DNA of 52,579 nucleotides from a virus (Duplodnaviria > Caudoviricetes). The position numbers were made by a program, and so were the translations under genes. Within the stretch, counting starts at the first letter, position 1, and every line of letters begins with the position of its first letter. A model generated the notes under the pieces. It made no database searches. It was not told the origin of the DNA and saw only the letters and a list, made by a program, of their open reading frames with translations. The stretch spans positions 1 through 52,579 of IMG/VR virus record IMGVR_UViG_3300030329_003894; one strand, written 5' to 3'. Below are positions 6,719 through 15,098 of this stretch, piece after piece.

Positions 6719-7376
6719 TATGAGAAGTGAAGGTTTAATCAATAACCTTAATGAATTTACTTTCCATATATTAGGCTGTGGGGCTATTGGTAGTTCCGCA
6801 GCCAATCAATTAGTAAGAGCTGGTGCAACCAATTTCTTATTATATGATATGGATATTGTAAATACAGAAAACTTAGGTGTATCTCAATATTTGGATGAAC
6901 ATATTGGTAAACCTAAGGTAGAAGCTTTAAGTAATTATTTACAATCTATTAATGATGAAGTTGATATTATATGTTTTCATGAAAAATATGATATGTTTAG
7001 ATATCAACATAATCAAGATATAGTTATTTTAGGCTTTGATAGCATGGAATCAAGAAAAGAAGCTGTGCTAGATATTTGTCGCGATAAAATGCAAAAGCCA
7101 TTTATGTTAATAGATGGCAGAATGGGTGGAGAACATTACCAACAATATGTATTTACTGATGTAACATTGCCTAAATACATGAAAACTTGGTATAGTGATG
7201 AAGATGGAGACCCAGAACCATGTAATATTAAAGCGACAACATATTGTTCGAATATGGCAGGAGCATTTATAGTTAATGCAATAAGAAAGGTCTTAACACA
7301 GAGTCCTTACGAGAGGGAATTGTCATTTAATTTTCCTCATATGACACTGCAAAAAAAGACTTGTTTCCAAGCCTGA
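6708..7376 (+). CDS. E1/ThiF-family adenylyltransferase (Ubl-activating enzyme)
   Basis: GCGAIGS, DMDIVNTENL, IGKPKVEAL, GFDS, DGRMG; candidate catalytic Cys in EPC; start moved to ATG 6708 behind AGGAGG. Confidence 0.92.
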   Translation: MGINMRSEGLINNLNEFTFHILGCGAIGSSAANQLVRAGATNFLLYDMDIVNTENLGVSQYLDEHIGKPKVEALSNYLQSINDEVDIICFHEKYDMFRYQHNQDIVILGFDSMESRKEAVLDICRDKMQKPFMLIDGRMGGEHYQQYVFTDVTLPKYMKTWYSDEDGDPEPCNIKATTYCSNMAGAFIVNAIRKVLTQSPYERELSFNFPHMTLQKKTCFQA

Positions 7377-7389
7377 CATATAGTAAATT
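7361..7389 (+). promoter_or_regulatory. Putative sigma70-like promoter of the replication module
   Basis: TTGTTT-N17-TAAATT. Confidence 0.45.
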
Positions 7390-7424
7390 GATAGTCCCTT
7401 AGCAGCCTTTGTTAAGGGATTATC
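7390..7424 (+). terminator. Hairpin closing the ubiquitin-like operon (terminator or processing site)
   Basis: GATAGTCCCTTAGCA / TGTTAAGGGATTATC 15-bp stem with two G-U pairs; no strong U tract. Confidence 0.5.
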
Positions 7425-7450
7425 GTTATCACAAATAAGGAAAATAAGCA

Positions 7451-8122
7451 ATGGCACTAAAGAAAGTAAAGAGGAAAGTTGTCTCTACTAATCCTAGTAC
7501 ACTTCTATTATATGGAGCTCCCAAAGTAGGTAAAACTACTATGTTATCTGTCTTAGATGATTGTTTAATCATTGATACAGAAAAAGGTAGCCGTATGATT
7601 GAAGGATACATACAAGAGGTTAATAGTAGAGAAGAACTTATTAATACTCTTATAGAGATAAAAGAAAGTAAAGATGTAAGCTATAAATATATTGCTATAG
7701 ATACTATAGATAAAGTAGCTGAATGGGCTGAAAGACAAGTATGCAAAGAAGAAGGTGTTGCAGCAATTGGAGATTTAGCATTTGGCAAAGGTTATGGTAT
7801 GGTTAGAGAGAAAGTATCTAGAACACTATCAGCTTTTAAAGAAGTAGCAGAGCATCTTATTATAATTGGACATAGAAAAGTAGCATATGCAGTAACAGAA
7901 GGTAATCCAATAGTTATACCTGAATCAATTGATTTGACAGGTAAGCTTAAGAATGTAATTATGGCTGGCTGTGATGCAATTGGATATGTCTATCGTAACG
8001 AAGATGAATTAATGGTTTCATTTAAAGCAAATGATGCTATTGAAGCAGGAAGTAGATGTCCTCATCTTAAAGGTAAAGAAGTTAAATTCGAATGGAAGAA
8101 TATATATAAGGAGAATAAATAA
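7451..8122 (+). CDS. Sak4-like (AAA_24) P-loop ATPase / single-strand annealing protein
   Basis: Walker A GAPKVGKT, IIDTEKG, Walker B IAIDT, GKGYG, CDAIGY. Confidence 0.85.
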   Translation: MALKKVKRKVVSTNPSTLLLYGAPKVGKTTMLSVLDDCLIIDTEKGSRMIEGYIQEVNSREELINTLIEIKESKDVSYKYIAIDTIDKVAEWAERQVCKEEGVAAIGDLAFGKGYGMVREKVSRTLSAFKEVAEHLIIIGHRKVAYAVTEGNPIVIPESIDLTGKLKNVIMAGCDAIGYVYRNEDELMVSFKANDAIEAGSRCPHLKGKEVKFEWKNIYKENK

Positions 8123-8706
8123 TGGCAATTTTCAAGCCTGAAGCTAAAAGCACTCCTTCTGGATTCTTAGGACCTATTGAAGTAGGTATTATAGGATTTA
8201 CAGATAGAAGTGGAGAATATGATTGGTCAGATATTTTTATTGAAGTAGAATTATCTGTTAAAAATAGTGAATACTCTAACAAAATGTCCATACTAGGTCG
8301 ATTAGATAAGGATGCTAATGGTGATATAGTAGGCGGTTCAGTTTTAAATAGAATGTACAAATTCTTTGAAGCTATAGGATGTAATGCTGGGCTAAATGTT
8401 AAGGGTAAATGGGAAGATGAGCACGGTAATGAAATAGAAAACATTGGTGATTATCTTAATCAAAGATTTACCACAAAAGGTGAAGAATATCAAGCTTACG
8501 CTTATAAGAAAAAGCCAAAGCCTGGTAAGAAAGTTTATACAGAAATTTATCCAAGATTATATCCTCTTGGAGAATCAGCTACTAAGCAATTATTAGATGA
8601 TGTTAAGTGGCTTAAAGGTAAAGGTGTTATCAAAGAAGCAGATGCAAGTGATATGCCACAACAATCTGATACACCTTTAGCAGATAATGCATTAAACAAT
8701 CTATGA
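8122..8706 (+). CDS. Probable ssDNA-binding protein
   Basis: Lies between Sak4 and primase-helicase; beta-rich core with an acidic, flexible tail; call rests on context. Confidence 0.5.
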   Translation: MAIFKPEAKSTPSGFLGPIEVGIIGFTDRSGEYDWSDIFIEVELSVKNSEYSNKMSILGRLDKDANGDIVGGSVLNRMYKFFEAIGCNAGLNVKGKWEDEHGNEIENIGDYLNQRFTTKGEEYQAYAYKKKPKPGKKVYTEIYPRLYPLGESATKQLLDDVKWLKGKGVIKEADASDMPQQSDTPLADNALNNL

Positions 8707-10469
8707 TATATGTAGAGATAGCAGTAGACTCTCCTAGAAATAGGGGTATATTGGTATTAAAGTCTGACCTTGCTAGGTATATACCTAAAGATGGGAAAGC
8801 TTTATATCGCTCTGTTTATCTTTATAATGAAGAAGCAAAGCAATTTGCTGATTCTAAAGGCTCTTTAAAAGGCTATCATGGAGAACGTGGAATTGACAAT
8901 GTCCTCATAGATATAGACAGAAAAGATAATTCAGATGAGTATACACTAAAGAAACTTAGAGAAACTCTATTACACTTAAATGTACTTGAAGTTGCTGATG
9001 AAAGCATTCAATGTTATTTTAGTGGAACTGGATATCATATCGTCATAACTAATGAAGTATTCAACTTCCAACCTTCTGATAGCCTGCCTTACCAAGTAAA
9101 GCAAACAATGTCTAGCTTGTTTGAAAACATTGATACTAGTATTTATATGAGAAGCGGAATATATAGAGTAGCACATACAAAGAATCAGAAAACTGGTCTT
9201 TACAAAATACCTATAACTCTATTTGAAGCTAATAATGCTAATATTGATGAAATACATGATTTTGCATCTGACCCTAGATTAGAATATCCATATGCACTAT
9301 TAAGTGGAGATAATGAACTAGAAGGTTATTTATGCCTAGAAACTCCAAAAATAGCCCAATTTGGGAAAGTTATGGAGCCAACGAAGGTAGTACCATGTGT
9401 TCAAACAATGTTGCGAAATGGGCCACAAGAGGGCTCTAGACATAATACTGCTCTTAGAATAGCAAGTCATTTTAAAAGGCACGGCATACCTAGTGAATAT
9501 GCAAAAGTAGCCTTATTACATTGGAATAATAATACTTTAAATGAACAGCAGATGATAGAAAAGACAGAATCTGTATACAATGGAAACTATAATTATGGAT
9601 GCCAAGATGTATTAATGAAAAAGTATTGTCAAACTAAATGTATGTATTTTAAAAACAAGGATTATCACATAAATGTGAAGGATTCTGATGAACTGCAAAA
9701 AGACTTTGAAGAGAGATTAACAACTAATTTCAAAGGCAGAACTATTCCATTGGCAGAAATGTTTGGCTTAGATAAATATGATACACAAATATATCCAGGA
9801 GAGTTAGTTACAATATTTGGGCCAACAGGTTCAAATAAAACAACACTTGCTCAAAATTTGGCATTAGGAGTTGATTTTAAAAACGATAAAATTAATCCAA
9901 CATGGCAAATTCCAACATTGTTTTTGTCCTTAGAATTATCAGCATGGTATATGCACAGAAGACATCTTCAAATAGTTTCGGGGTTATCAAAAGAAGAAGT
10001 TAATGAAGATTATAAAGAAATCTATAATAAACATGCAGATGAATTAAGGCATTTACAAATACAAACAATATCACCAACTTTAAATTCTATTCAAGATAAA
10101 ATAAAACAATTAAATCCATCAGTAGTAATAGTGGATTATATTGATTTAGTAGAAACTCCAAGAGATGTTAAAGGAGAATACGAACAAATTAAGTTTGTTT
10201 CTCATAGTCTGTCAAATCTTGCAGTTAATCTTGATGTAATAATAATTCAAATATCTCAGGTAAGTAGAGAATACAGTAGAAATGATATATTAGATTTATA
10301 TGCTGGAAAGGGCTCAGGAGCCATAGAAAATGCTTCGCGAAAAGTGATAGGATTAAATGGACAAGCTAACACAAATGTAAAGCATATACATATGTACAAA
10401 AATACTGATGGAGAATTATTTGATGTTGAAGTAGAATGGCGTGATAGTTTTAGATTGAGGAGAGTATAA
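8703..10469 (+). CDS. AEP primase-polymerase fused to an SF4 (DnaB-like) helicase
   Basis: DID and FSGTGYH (AEP); EGSRHNTALRIA (PriCT-like); Cys cluster; GPTGSNKT, IVDYID, SQVSR, GSGAIEN (SF4). Confidence 0.88.
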   Translation: MIYVEIAVDSPRNRGILVLKSDLARYIPKDGKALYRSVYLYNEEAKQFADSKGSLKGYHGERGIDNVLIDIDRKDNSDEYTLKKLRETLLHLNVLEVADESIQCYFSGTGYHIVITNEVFNFQPSDSLPYQVKQTMSSLFENIDTSIYMRSGIYRVAHTKNQKTGLYKIPITLFEANNANIDEIHDFASDPRLEYPYALLSGDNELEGYLCLETPKIAQFGKVMEPTKVVPCVQTMLRNGPQEGSRHNTALRIASHFKRHGIPSEYAKVALLHWNNNTLNEQQMIEKTESVYNGNYNYGCQDVLMKKYCQTKCMYFKNKDYHINVKDSDELQKDFEERLTTNFKGRTIPLAEMFGLDKYDTQIYPGELVTIFGPTGSNKTTLAQNLALGVDFKNDKINPTWQIPTLFLSLELSAWYMHRRHLQIVSGLSKEEVNEDYKEIYNKHADELRHLQIQTISPTLNSIQDKIKQLNPSVVIVDYIDLVETPRDVKGEYEQIKFVSHSLSNLAVNLDVIIIQISQVSREYSRNDILDLYAGKGSGAIENASRKVIGLNGQANTNVKHIHMYKNTDGELFDVEVEWRDSFRLRRV

Positions 10470-10678
10470 TGAATGGTTTCTTATTAACAATAATATTAGA
10501 TAATGACTTATTTGTATTAGAATTTTTCAGATTATTTAGAATAGGTTTTGCATGGGGCGATGATGAAATGTCGTACCATAAAGGACTTATACTAGGTGTA
10601 TGGAAATTAGAAACTAATATTGTTCTTGCTTATAGAAAAGAATTAAAATGGCAAGATAAAGAAGTAGGTCAAGCATAA
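10469..10678 (+). CDS. Hypothetical protein
   Basis: Coupled ORF with GGAG RBS. Confidence 0.65.
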   Translation: MNGFLLTIILDNDLFVLEFFRLFRIGFAWGDDEMSYHKGLILGVWKLETNIVLAYRKELKWQDKEVGQA

Positions 10679-10694
10679 ATAAAAAGGAGAAAGT

Positions 10695-10919
10695 ATGATA
10701 CGACGTTTGAAAAGAATGTTTTTTAAAAGAAAACATTATAACAAATTCCCTAAAAGACCAAGCTGGAAAGAATTTAATGAATTAGAAAGTAAATATTACA
10801 GATTAAGTAATAAGCTTCATAATTTAGCAGCTAGCTTAGATAGGCAATTAATAGATTCTACATTTGTTTCTAGTAAAGATGCGAAAAAGTACGAAAAGAA
10901 CAACACCTGTATCTACTAG
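10695..10919 (+). CDS. Hypothetical basic protein
   Basis: AAGGAG RBS. Confidence 0.65.
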   Translation: MIRRLKRMFFKRKHYNKFPKRPSWKEFNELESKYYRLSNKLHNLAASLDRQLIDSTFVSSKDAKKYEKNNTCIY

Positions 10920-11364
10920 ATTAAGGAAATGGGAGGAAAGATTTCTTCCTAAGCTTAAGAAACACCATGGCAATAGGTCAAAAGGTGTATTTCATAGGCT
11001 TATGAAGAAATCTTCTACTCTTAGAACTTCCTTGAAAAGGAGAAGTAAAGAATATGAAGTATTATTTGATATATCTCTTAAGGAAATTCGTGAACTTATA
11101 CTTTCTGCCTATGGGAGAAAGTGTAAATATTGTATCGATATTCTTAAGGTTAATAATATGGTATGTGACCATATTATGCCTCTTAGTGGCGGTGGAGATT
11201 CTATTGTAGAAAATCTTCAAATGATTTGTGCACGATGTAATACAAGGAAAGGACCATTAACACATAAAGCATATAGTAAATTATTAGCTTGGTTAAAAAG
11301 ACAAAATAAAAATACAAGAGATTATATATTAAGAAAATTAGCAAGAAGTGATGTTTTTAAATGA
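10879..11364 (+). CDS. HNH endonuclease
   Basis: CKYC...DHIMPLSGGG...NLQMICARCNTRK; start uncertain (10864 or 10879). Confidence 0.85.
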   Translation: MRKSTKRTTPVSTRLRKWEERFLPKLKKHHGNRSKGVFHRLMKKSSTLRTSLKRRSKEYEVLFDISLKEIRELILSAYGRKCKYCIDILKVNNMVCDHIMPLSGGGDSIVENLQMICARCNTRKGPLTHKAYSKLLAWLKRQNKNTRDYILRKLARSDVFK

Positions 11365-11570
11365 GCAGTAGAGAGTTGTTAGCGTGAGCGCAAACGAGGG
11401 TTTTTTGGGTTTTTGGATATACCGCTTAATATATCCCCCTTCCCGTTATTTTGACCCTATTTGATACTGCTCATTAATTTAATGGTAACTAACACCTTAG
11501 GTGTGATGTTGCCTCGTCGAAAAGAGAACGGGGGCGGGCTAATGAAGTTTATAACAGCCCCCTGACTCGA
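11360..11570 (+). ncRNA. Structured intergenic element(s)
   Basis: AATGAGCAGTA 11360-11370 / TACTGCTCATT 11465-11475 with nested GGATATA/TATATCC; further hairpins to about 11570. Confidence 0.4.
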
Positions 11571-11582
11571 AAGGAGAATTAG

Positions 11583-11918
11583 TTGGATATTAAAACACAA
11601 GTTAAATTAAAAAAAAGATGTAGTGAATGTCTTCAAAAATATAATAGAAATTTTTGGAATGAATACAAGTTTCAATTAGACCTATATAATACAAGGAGAA
11701 CTCAAGAAGATTGGTCTCAATTTCATGGACACGATAGATTACATATTACAATAGCAAACTTTGTTGATAATAATAATGGACATACCCCTAGTACTACTTG
11801 GTCATTATATGTAGATGAAGATATGGGAGAGAAAGAAATTTTCTTAGGAGAAGAAATGCCTATAGAACAATTAGAAAGATTTTATGAATTTTTAAAAGTA
11901 GCTTTAAATAAAACTTAA
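11583..11918 (+). CDS. Hypothetical protein
   Basis: AAGGAG RBS, TTG start, CSEC motif. Confidence 0.7.
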   Translation: MDIKTQVKLKKRCSECLQKYNRNFWNEYKFQLDLYNTRRTQEDWSQFHGHDRLHITIANFVDNNNGHTPSTTWSLYVDEDMGEKEIFLGEEMPIEQLERFYEFLKVALNKT

Positions 11919-11927
11919 GGAGAAAAA

Positions 11928-12182
11928 ATGAATCCGATAGTACAATTTTACTTAGCAGCATCTTTAATATTTGGTATTATAGATGAAAAGAATAATTTAG
12001 ATAATCCTAAATATCCAACATCAGATAGAAGATATATATTATGTAATTGGGAAGAAGAAGATTTCTATCCCATAGAAGTAATGGGTGGTCCATTATTAAG
12101 AGTCTCTAAAGAAAGTGATAGTAAGATTAAAGCTAAAGCAAGAAGAAGATATTGGGAAAGAAATGTTGAAACGGAAGAATAG
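11928..12182 (+). CDS. Hypothetical protein
   Basis: AAGGAG RBS. Confidence 0.65.
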   Translation: MNPIVQFYLAASLIFGIIDEKNNLDNPKYPTSDRRYILCNWEEEDFYPIEVMGGPLLRVSKESDSKIKAKARRRYWERNVETEE

Positions 12183-12309
12183 GAATAAATTTGAAAAAGA
12201 TAATAAGGTAAAATTATCTAAAATTGAGTGGTTAGTAGTACTACTCTCGGTTGTTCTCATACCATGGTTATTTTACCTTTTTATCGAAATCTTGGAGGTA
12301 ATAAAGTGA
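12163..12309 (+). CDS. Small membrane protein
   Basis: Basic N-terminus plus one hydrophobic helix; start uncertain. Confidence 0.5.
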   Translation: MLKRKNRNKFEKDNKVKLSKIEWLVVLLSVVLIPWLFYLFIEILEVIK

Positions 12310-12440
12310 GTAACATAAAGTTAAGTAAATGGGATAGAACAGCAATTAAATTCAAAAGGATGTTTGGATGGAAAATAAAAGAAATAGCAAAAAGACACAA
12401 AGTAACTACAAGGACAATCTACCGTGTGTTAAAAAAATAA
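12306..12440 (+). CDS. Small helix-turn-helix DNA-binding protein
   Basis: GGAGG RBS and GTG start; GWKIKEIAKRHKVTTRTIYRVL is a typical HTH. Confidence 0.75.
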   Translation: MSNIKLSKWDRTAIKFKRMFGWKIKEIAKRHKVTTRTIYRVLKK

Positions 12441-12503
12441 TAAAACATCAAGAAAAACTATATAAAGTAGTGTATAGGGATGGAAAATGGATAAGGAGAA
12501 GAA

Positions 12504-12740
12504 ATGTCAGGATACAAAAAAAAGGTGTACCTAAATAAATTAGGTGAAGCTAGTCGTAATAACGGATTAAAAGCAGGAAAATTAACACAGCAAAAAAATG
12601 CTATTGGTGATGGGCTAACACCAACTCAAAGAAGAACAGCTAAAATTAAGAAAGCGGCAATGGGTTGTTGGTGGATAGAACAATTTATAATGGGGTCTAT
12701 ATCATCAGGTAGAAATAAAAATGGCATAGATGATGAGTAA
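12504..12740 (+). CDS. Hypothetical basic protein
   Basis: AAGGAG RBS. Confidence 0.65.
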   Translation: MSGYKKKVYLNKLGEASRNNGLKAGKLTQQKNAIGDGLTPTQRRTAKIKKAAMGCWWIEQFIMGSISSGRNKNGIDDE

Positions 12741-13116
12741 ATTCTTCGATATCGATTTACCTTTCGGGGAAAAATATGAAGATACACTCTCTAATTTATT
12801 GACAGATAATACAAATAATAAGATTGAAGTAAAAACTGAAAGAGATATCTGGAAATCGACTGGCAATATTTATATAGAATTGGCTTGTCGTGAGGCCTTG
12901 AGTGGTCTAAGCACTACTCAATCAGATTGGTGGGCTATTATACTTACTTTTGATGGAGCTATTGAAAGTATTTCTATAATACCCACCAATCTGTTAAAGA
13001 AAAGAGTTAAATCGTTAATTAAAAACAATAAAGCAGAATATCCAGTATATGGTGGGGATGATGATGCGAGCATTGGAGCTTTAGTTCCAATTAAGGAGTT
13101 ATTAAATGGAAGCTAA
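12730..13116 (+). CDS. PD-(D/E)xK-fold putative nuclease
   Basis: GEKYE...IEVKTE...TGNIYIE pattern. Confidence 0.6.
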   Translation: MMSKFFDIDLPFGEKYEDTLSNLLTDNTNNKIEVKTERDIWKSTGNIYIELACREALSGLSTTQSDWWAIILTFDGAIESISIIPTNLLKKRVKSLIKNNKAEYPVYGGDDDASIGALVPIKELLNGS

Positions 13117-13855
13117 TAAATTAAAGAATTATCTTAAAAAACTTAATATTATTAGGCACAGCTCTGGTGATAGATGGTATTCACCAGCAAAGCTTACATT
13201 TTGGAAACCATCAGTAACAACTATTATTGGTGGTGCATTATCTAAAGGTATTGGATTTGAACAATGGTTAGGTAATCATCCTAGTTATAAAATAGCTTGT
13301 GAGGAAAGAGATGCAGCAGCTGCAAGAGGAACAGAAGTTCATGATTTAGCAGAGCAATATATGCTAGGTCATGAAGTTTCTGGCTCTACAGAAGAAGTTA
13401 ATAAACATTTAATGTCATTTGAAAAGTTCTGGAATGATAATGATATAGAATTAATAGCAACTGAATTATTTATGTGGTATGCAGATGTTCCTTGGGCTGG
13501 CACTTGTGATATAGTAGCTAAAATAGATGGAGAATATAGTATCATTGATATTAAAACTGGTAATTATTATAAAAGCCATGAAATACAATTAAGTATGTAT
13601 GCTGAACTATATAATCATATAGCAAGAGAATGTGATATTCCTGAAGTTACTAAAATTTATGGATTATATACTAAGGGCAAATGGATTAAAGAGCCAAATT
13701 ATCAATTTAAATCATTTAAAATTAATGTAGATATAGCCATGGCTACTAAACATATTTGGGATTTTATTCAGGGAGGAAAACCTTATCCTAAGTATAAACC
13801 AACTATTAAAACTAAATTTAAAGCAAAGGAGAAAGATTCTTATGATAGATTATAA
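13106..13855 (+). CDS. PD-(D/E)xK (RecB-like) exonuclease
   Basis: PSVTTI, RGTEVH, AGTCD, IIDIKTG, QLSMYA. Confidence 0.85.
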   Translation: MEANKLKNYLKKLNIIRHSSGDRWYSPAKLTFWKPSVTTIIGGALSKGIGFEQWLGNHPSYKIACEERDAAAARGTEVHDLAEQYMLGHEVSGSTEEVNKHLMSFEKFWNDNDIELIATELFMWYADVPWAGTCDIVAKIDGEYSIIDIKTGNYYKSHEIQLSMYAELYNHIARECDIPEVTKIYGLYTKGKWIKEPNYQFKSFKINVDIAMATKHIWDFIQGGKPYPKYKPTIKTKFKAKEKDSYDRL

Positions 13856-14078
13856 AGAAAAAATTCAACTATTACAGCAATTAATTGATAAACAAGAAGA
13901 TAGAATTATGGAACTAGAAAAGAAATTAGAATTTTACGAAGAGGCTAATACTGAATTAATAGCCAAGGGTAATTCAACTATCACACCAATCCCTAAATTT
14001 ACAGGTGTTTCAATTAGTGCCATCTTACATGATAGAGAGATGGCAATTATTAAAATGAATAATAGGAATGGAGCATGA
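13842..14078 (+). CDS. Coiled-coil hypothetical protein
   Basis: AAGGAG RBS, heptad-like N-terminus. Confidence 0.65.
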   Translation: MIDYKEKIQLLQQLIDKQEDRIMELEKKLEFYEEANTELIAKGNSTITPIPKFTGVSISAILHDREMAIIKMNNRNGA

Positions 14079-14353
14079 GTCCTCAATTATCATCTGACAG
14101 AATCTTAAGATTAGTTACGCATCACACTAATAAAGAATGTGCAATGTGTGATACGACTAAACTAGGTCCTCGCTGGGAATATAGACATTATAAATATGTT
14201 CCCAGCCACAGTCCTGAAATATTGTTATTATGTAGAAAATGTATATACAAAGAAGTCTATGGAACTAAAAATGCTTCAAAGGCAGATAGGCAAAGACTAT
14301 TACATAGATTAAATTATGATTATGGAAATAATACACCAAAAGTGGAGAAATAA
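14075..14353 (+). CDS. Zinc-finger-like protein
   Basis: CAMC...CRKC. Confidence 0.65.
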   Translation: MSPQLSSDRILRLVTHHTNKECAMCDTTKLGPRWEYRHYKYVPSHSPEILLLCRKCIYKEVYGTKNASKADRQRLLHRLNYDYGNNTPKVEK

Positions 14354-14592
14354 TGGCACAAAGTAATAAATATAAAAACATTGGTAAAAAACAAATTATC
14401 AATGTAATGAGTCAAGTTATACAAAAAGTGGAAGCAATTGAAATGACATTAAATTTATTAATAATGTTTGTTGATAAAGACAAGAAGTTTAATGAATTTA
14501 TGCAAGAAAAATTAGGAGGTACTAATGAAACACAAGGAGATGTGCAAACTGATAGACAAGAAGATTCTTCCGATAATAAAGAAAACTCGTGA
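14353..14592 (+). CDS. Hypothetical protein
   Basis: Coupled ORF, GGAG RBS. Confidence 0.65.
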   Translation: MAQSNKYKNIGKKQIINVMSQVIQKVEAIEMTLNLLIMFVDKDKKFNEFMQEKLGGTNETQGDVQTDRQEDSSDNKENS

Positions 14593-14830
14593 TGCTGGAC
14601 AGAAAGAATATGCACATACAGCAGACAATGTATTTGCTAATTTTGAAAGAGTAGCTAAAGCACTAGGCATTAGCAAGGAAGAAGTATTAATGGTGTATCT
14701 ACTTAAGCATATAGATGGGATTTCTGCCTATGTGAAAGGGCATAAGTCACAAAGAGAGGATGTAACAGGTAGATTAACAGATGCAATAGTATACTTAATG
14801 CTCTTATGGGGAATGGTAGAGAGGCAGTAG
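14525..14830 (+). CDS. DUF1599 / nucleotide-modification-associated helical domain protein (tentative)
   Basis: KEYA...VFANFERV...LKHIDGI...RLTDAIVYL; GGAGG RBS. Confidence 0.55.
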   Translation: MKHKEMCKLIDKKILPIIKKTRDAGQKEYAHTADNVFANFERVAKALGISKEEVLMVYLLKHIDGISAYVKGHKSQREDVTGRLTDAIVYLMLLWGMVERQ

Positions 14831-14836
14831 CCTCTC
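14819..14836. terminator. Hairpin where the two transcription arms converge
   Basis: GAGAGGC-AGTA-GCCTCTC. Confidence 0.45.
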
Positions 14837-14861
14837 AAGGAGCGGTTTCGGTTTATGGTGG

Positions 14862-15098
14862 TTAGAAATCGTATGTTAAATGAATACCATAAGGATTATT
14901 TCTTAATTCTTCTTCATCCCAGCCTTTAGGAAATTGAAATCCTAGATTAGTTCTATCCCCTAATCCAATATTCAAATTTCTTTTAAGAATAATATCCATT
15001 AAGGAATTACCTGCTGGGCCAAATCCTTGACCACCAGTATTCTTTAAATAGGCATCATATAATAAATTTGCACCTTGTCCTAATTGTTCCTTATTCAT
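14862..15098 (-). CDS. Hypothetical protein (last late gene)
   Basis: Coupled to the upstream gene by an ATGA-type overlap. Confidence 0.65.
   Translation of the reverse strand: MNKEQLGQGANLLYDAYLKNTGGQGFGPAGNSLMDIILKRNLNIGLGDRTNLGFQFPKGWDEEELRNNPYGIHLTYDF

Noticed and set aside
3633-7376. Thiamine/molybdopterin sulfur relay or RiPP (microcin C-like, double-glycine leader) cluster
   Set aside because: No ThiG, MoaE, cysteine synthase, transporter or C39 peptidase was recognised; JAB plus an E2-like gene fits protein conjugation better, though sulfur transfer is not formally excluded
13106-13855. Cas4 or CRISPR-associated function
   Set aside because: Lacks the four-Cys Fe-S arrangement and any cas context; an ordinary phage PD-(D/E)xK exonuclease
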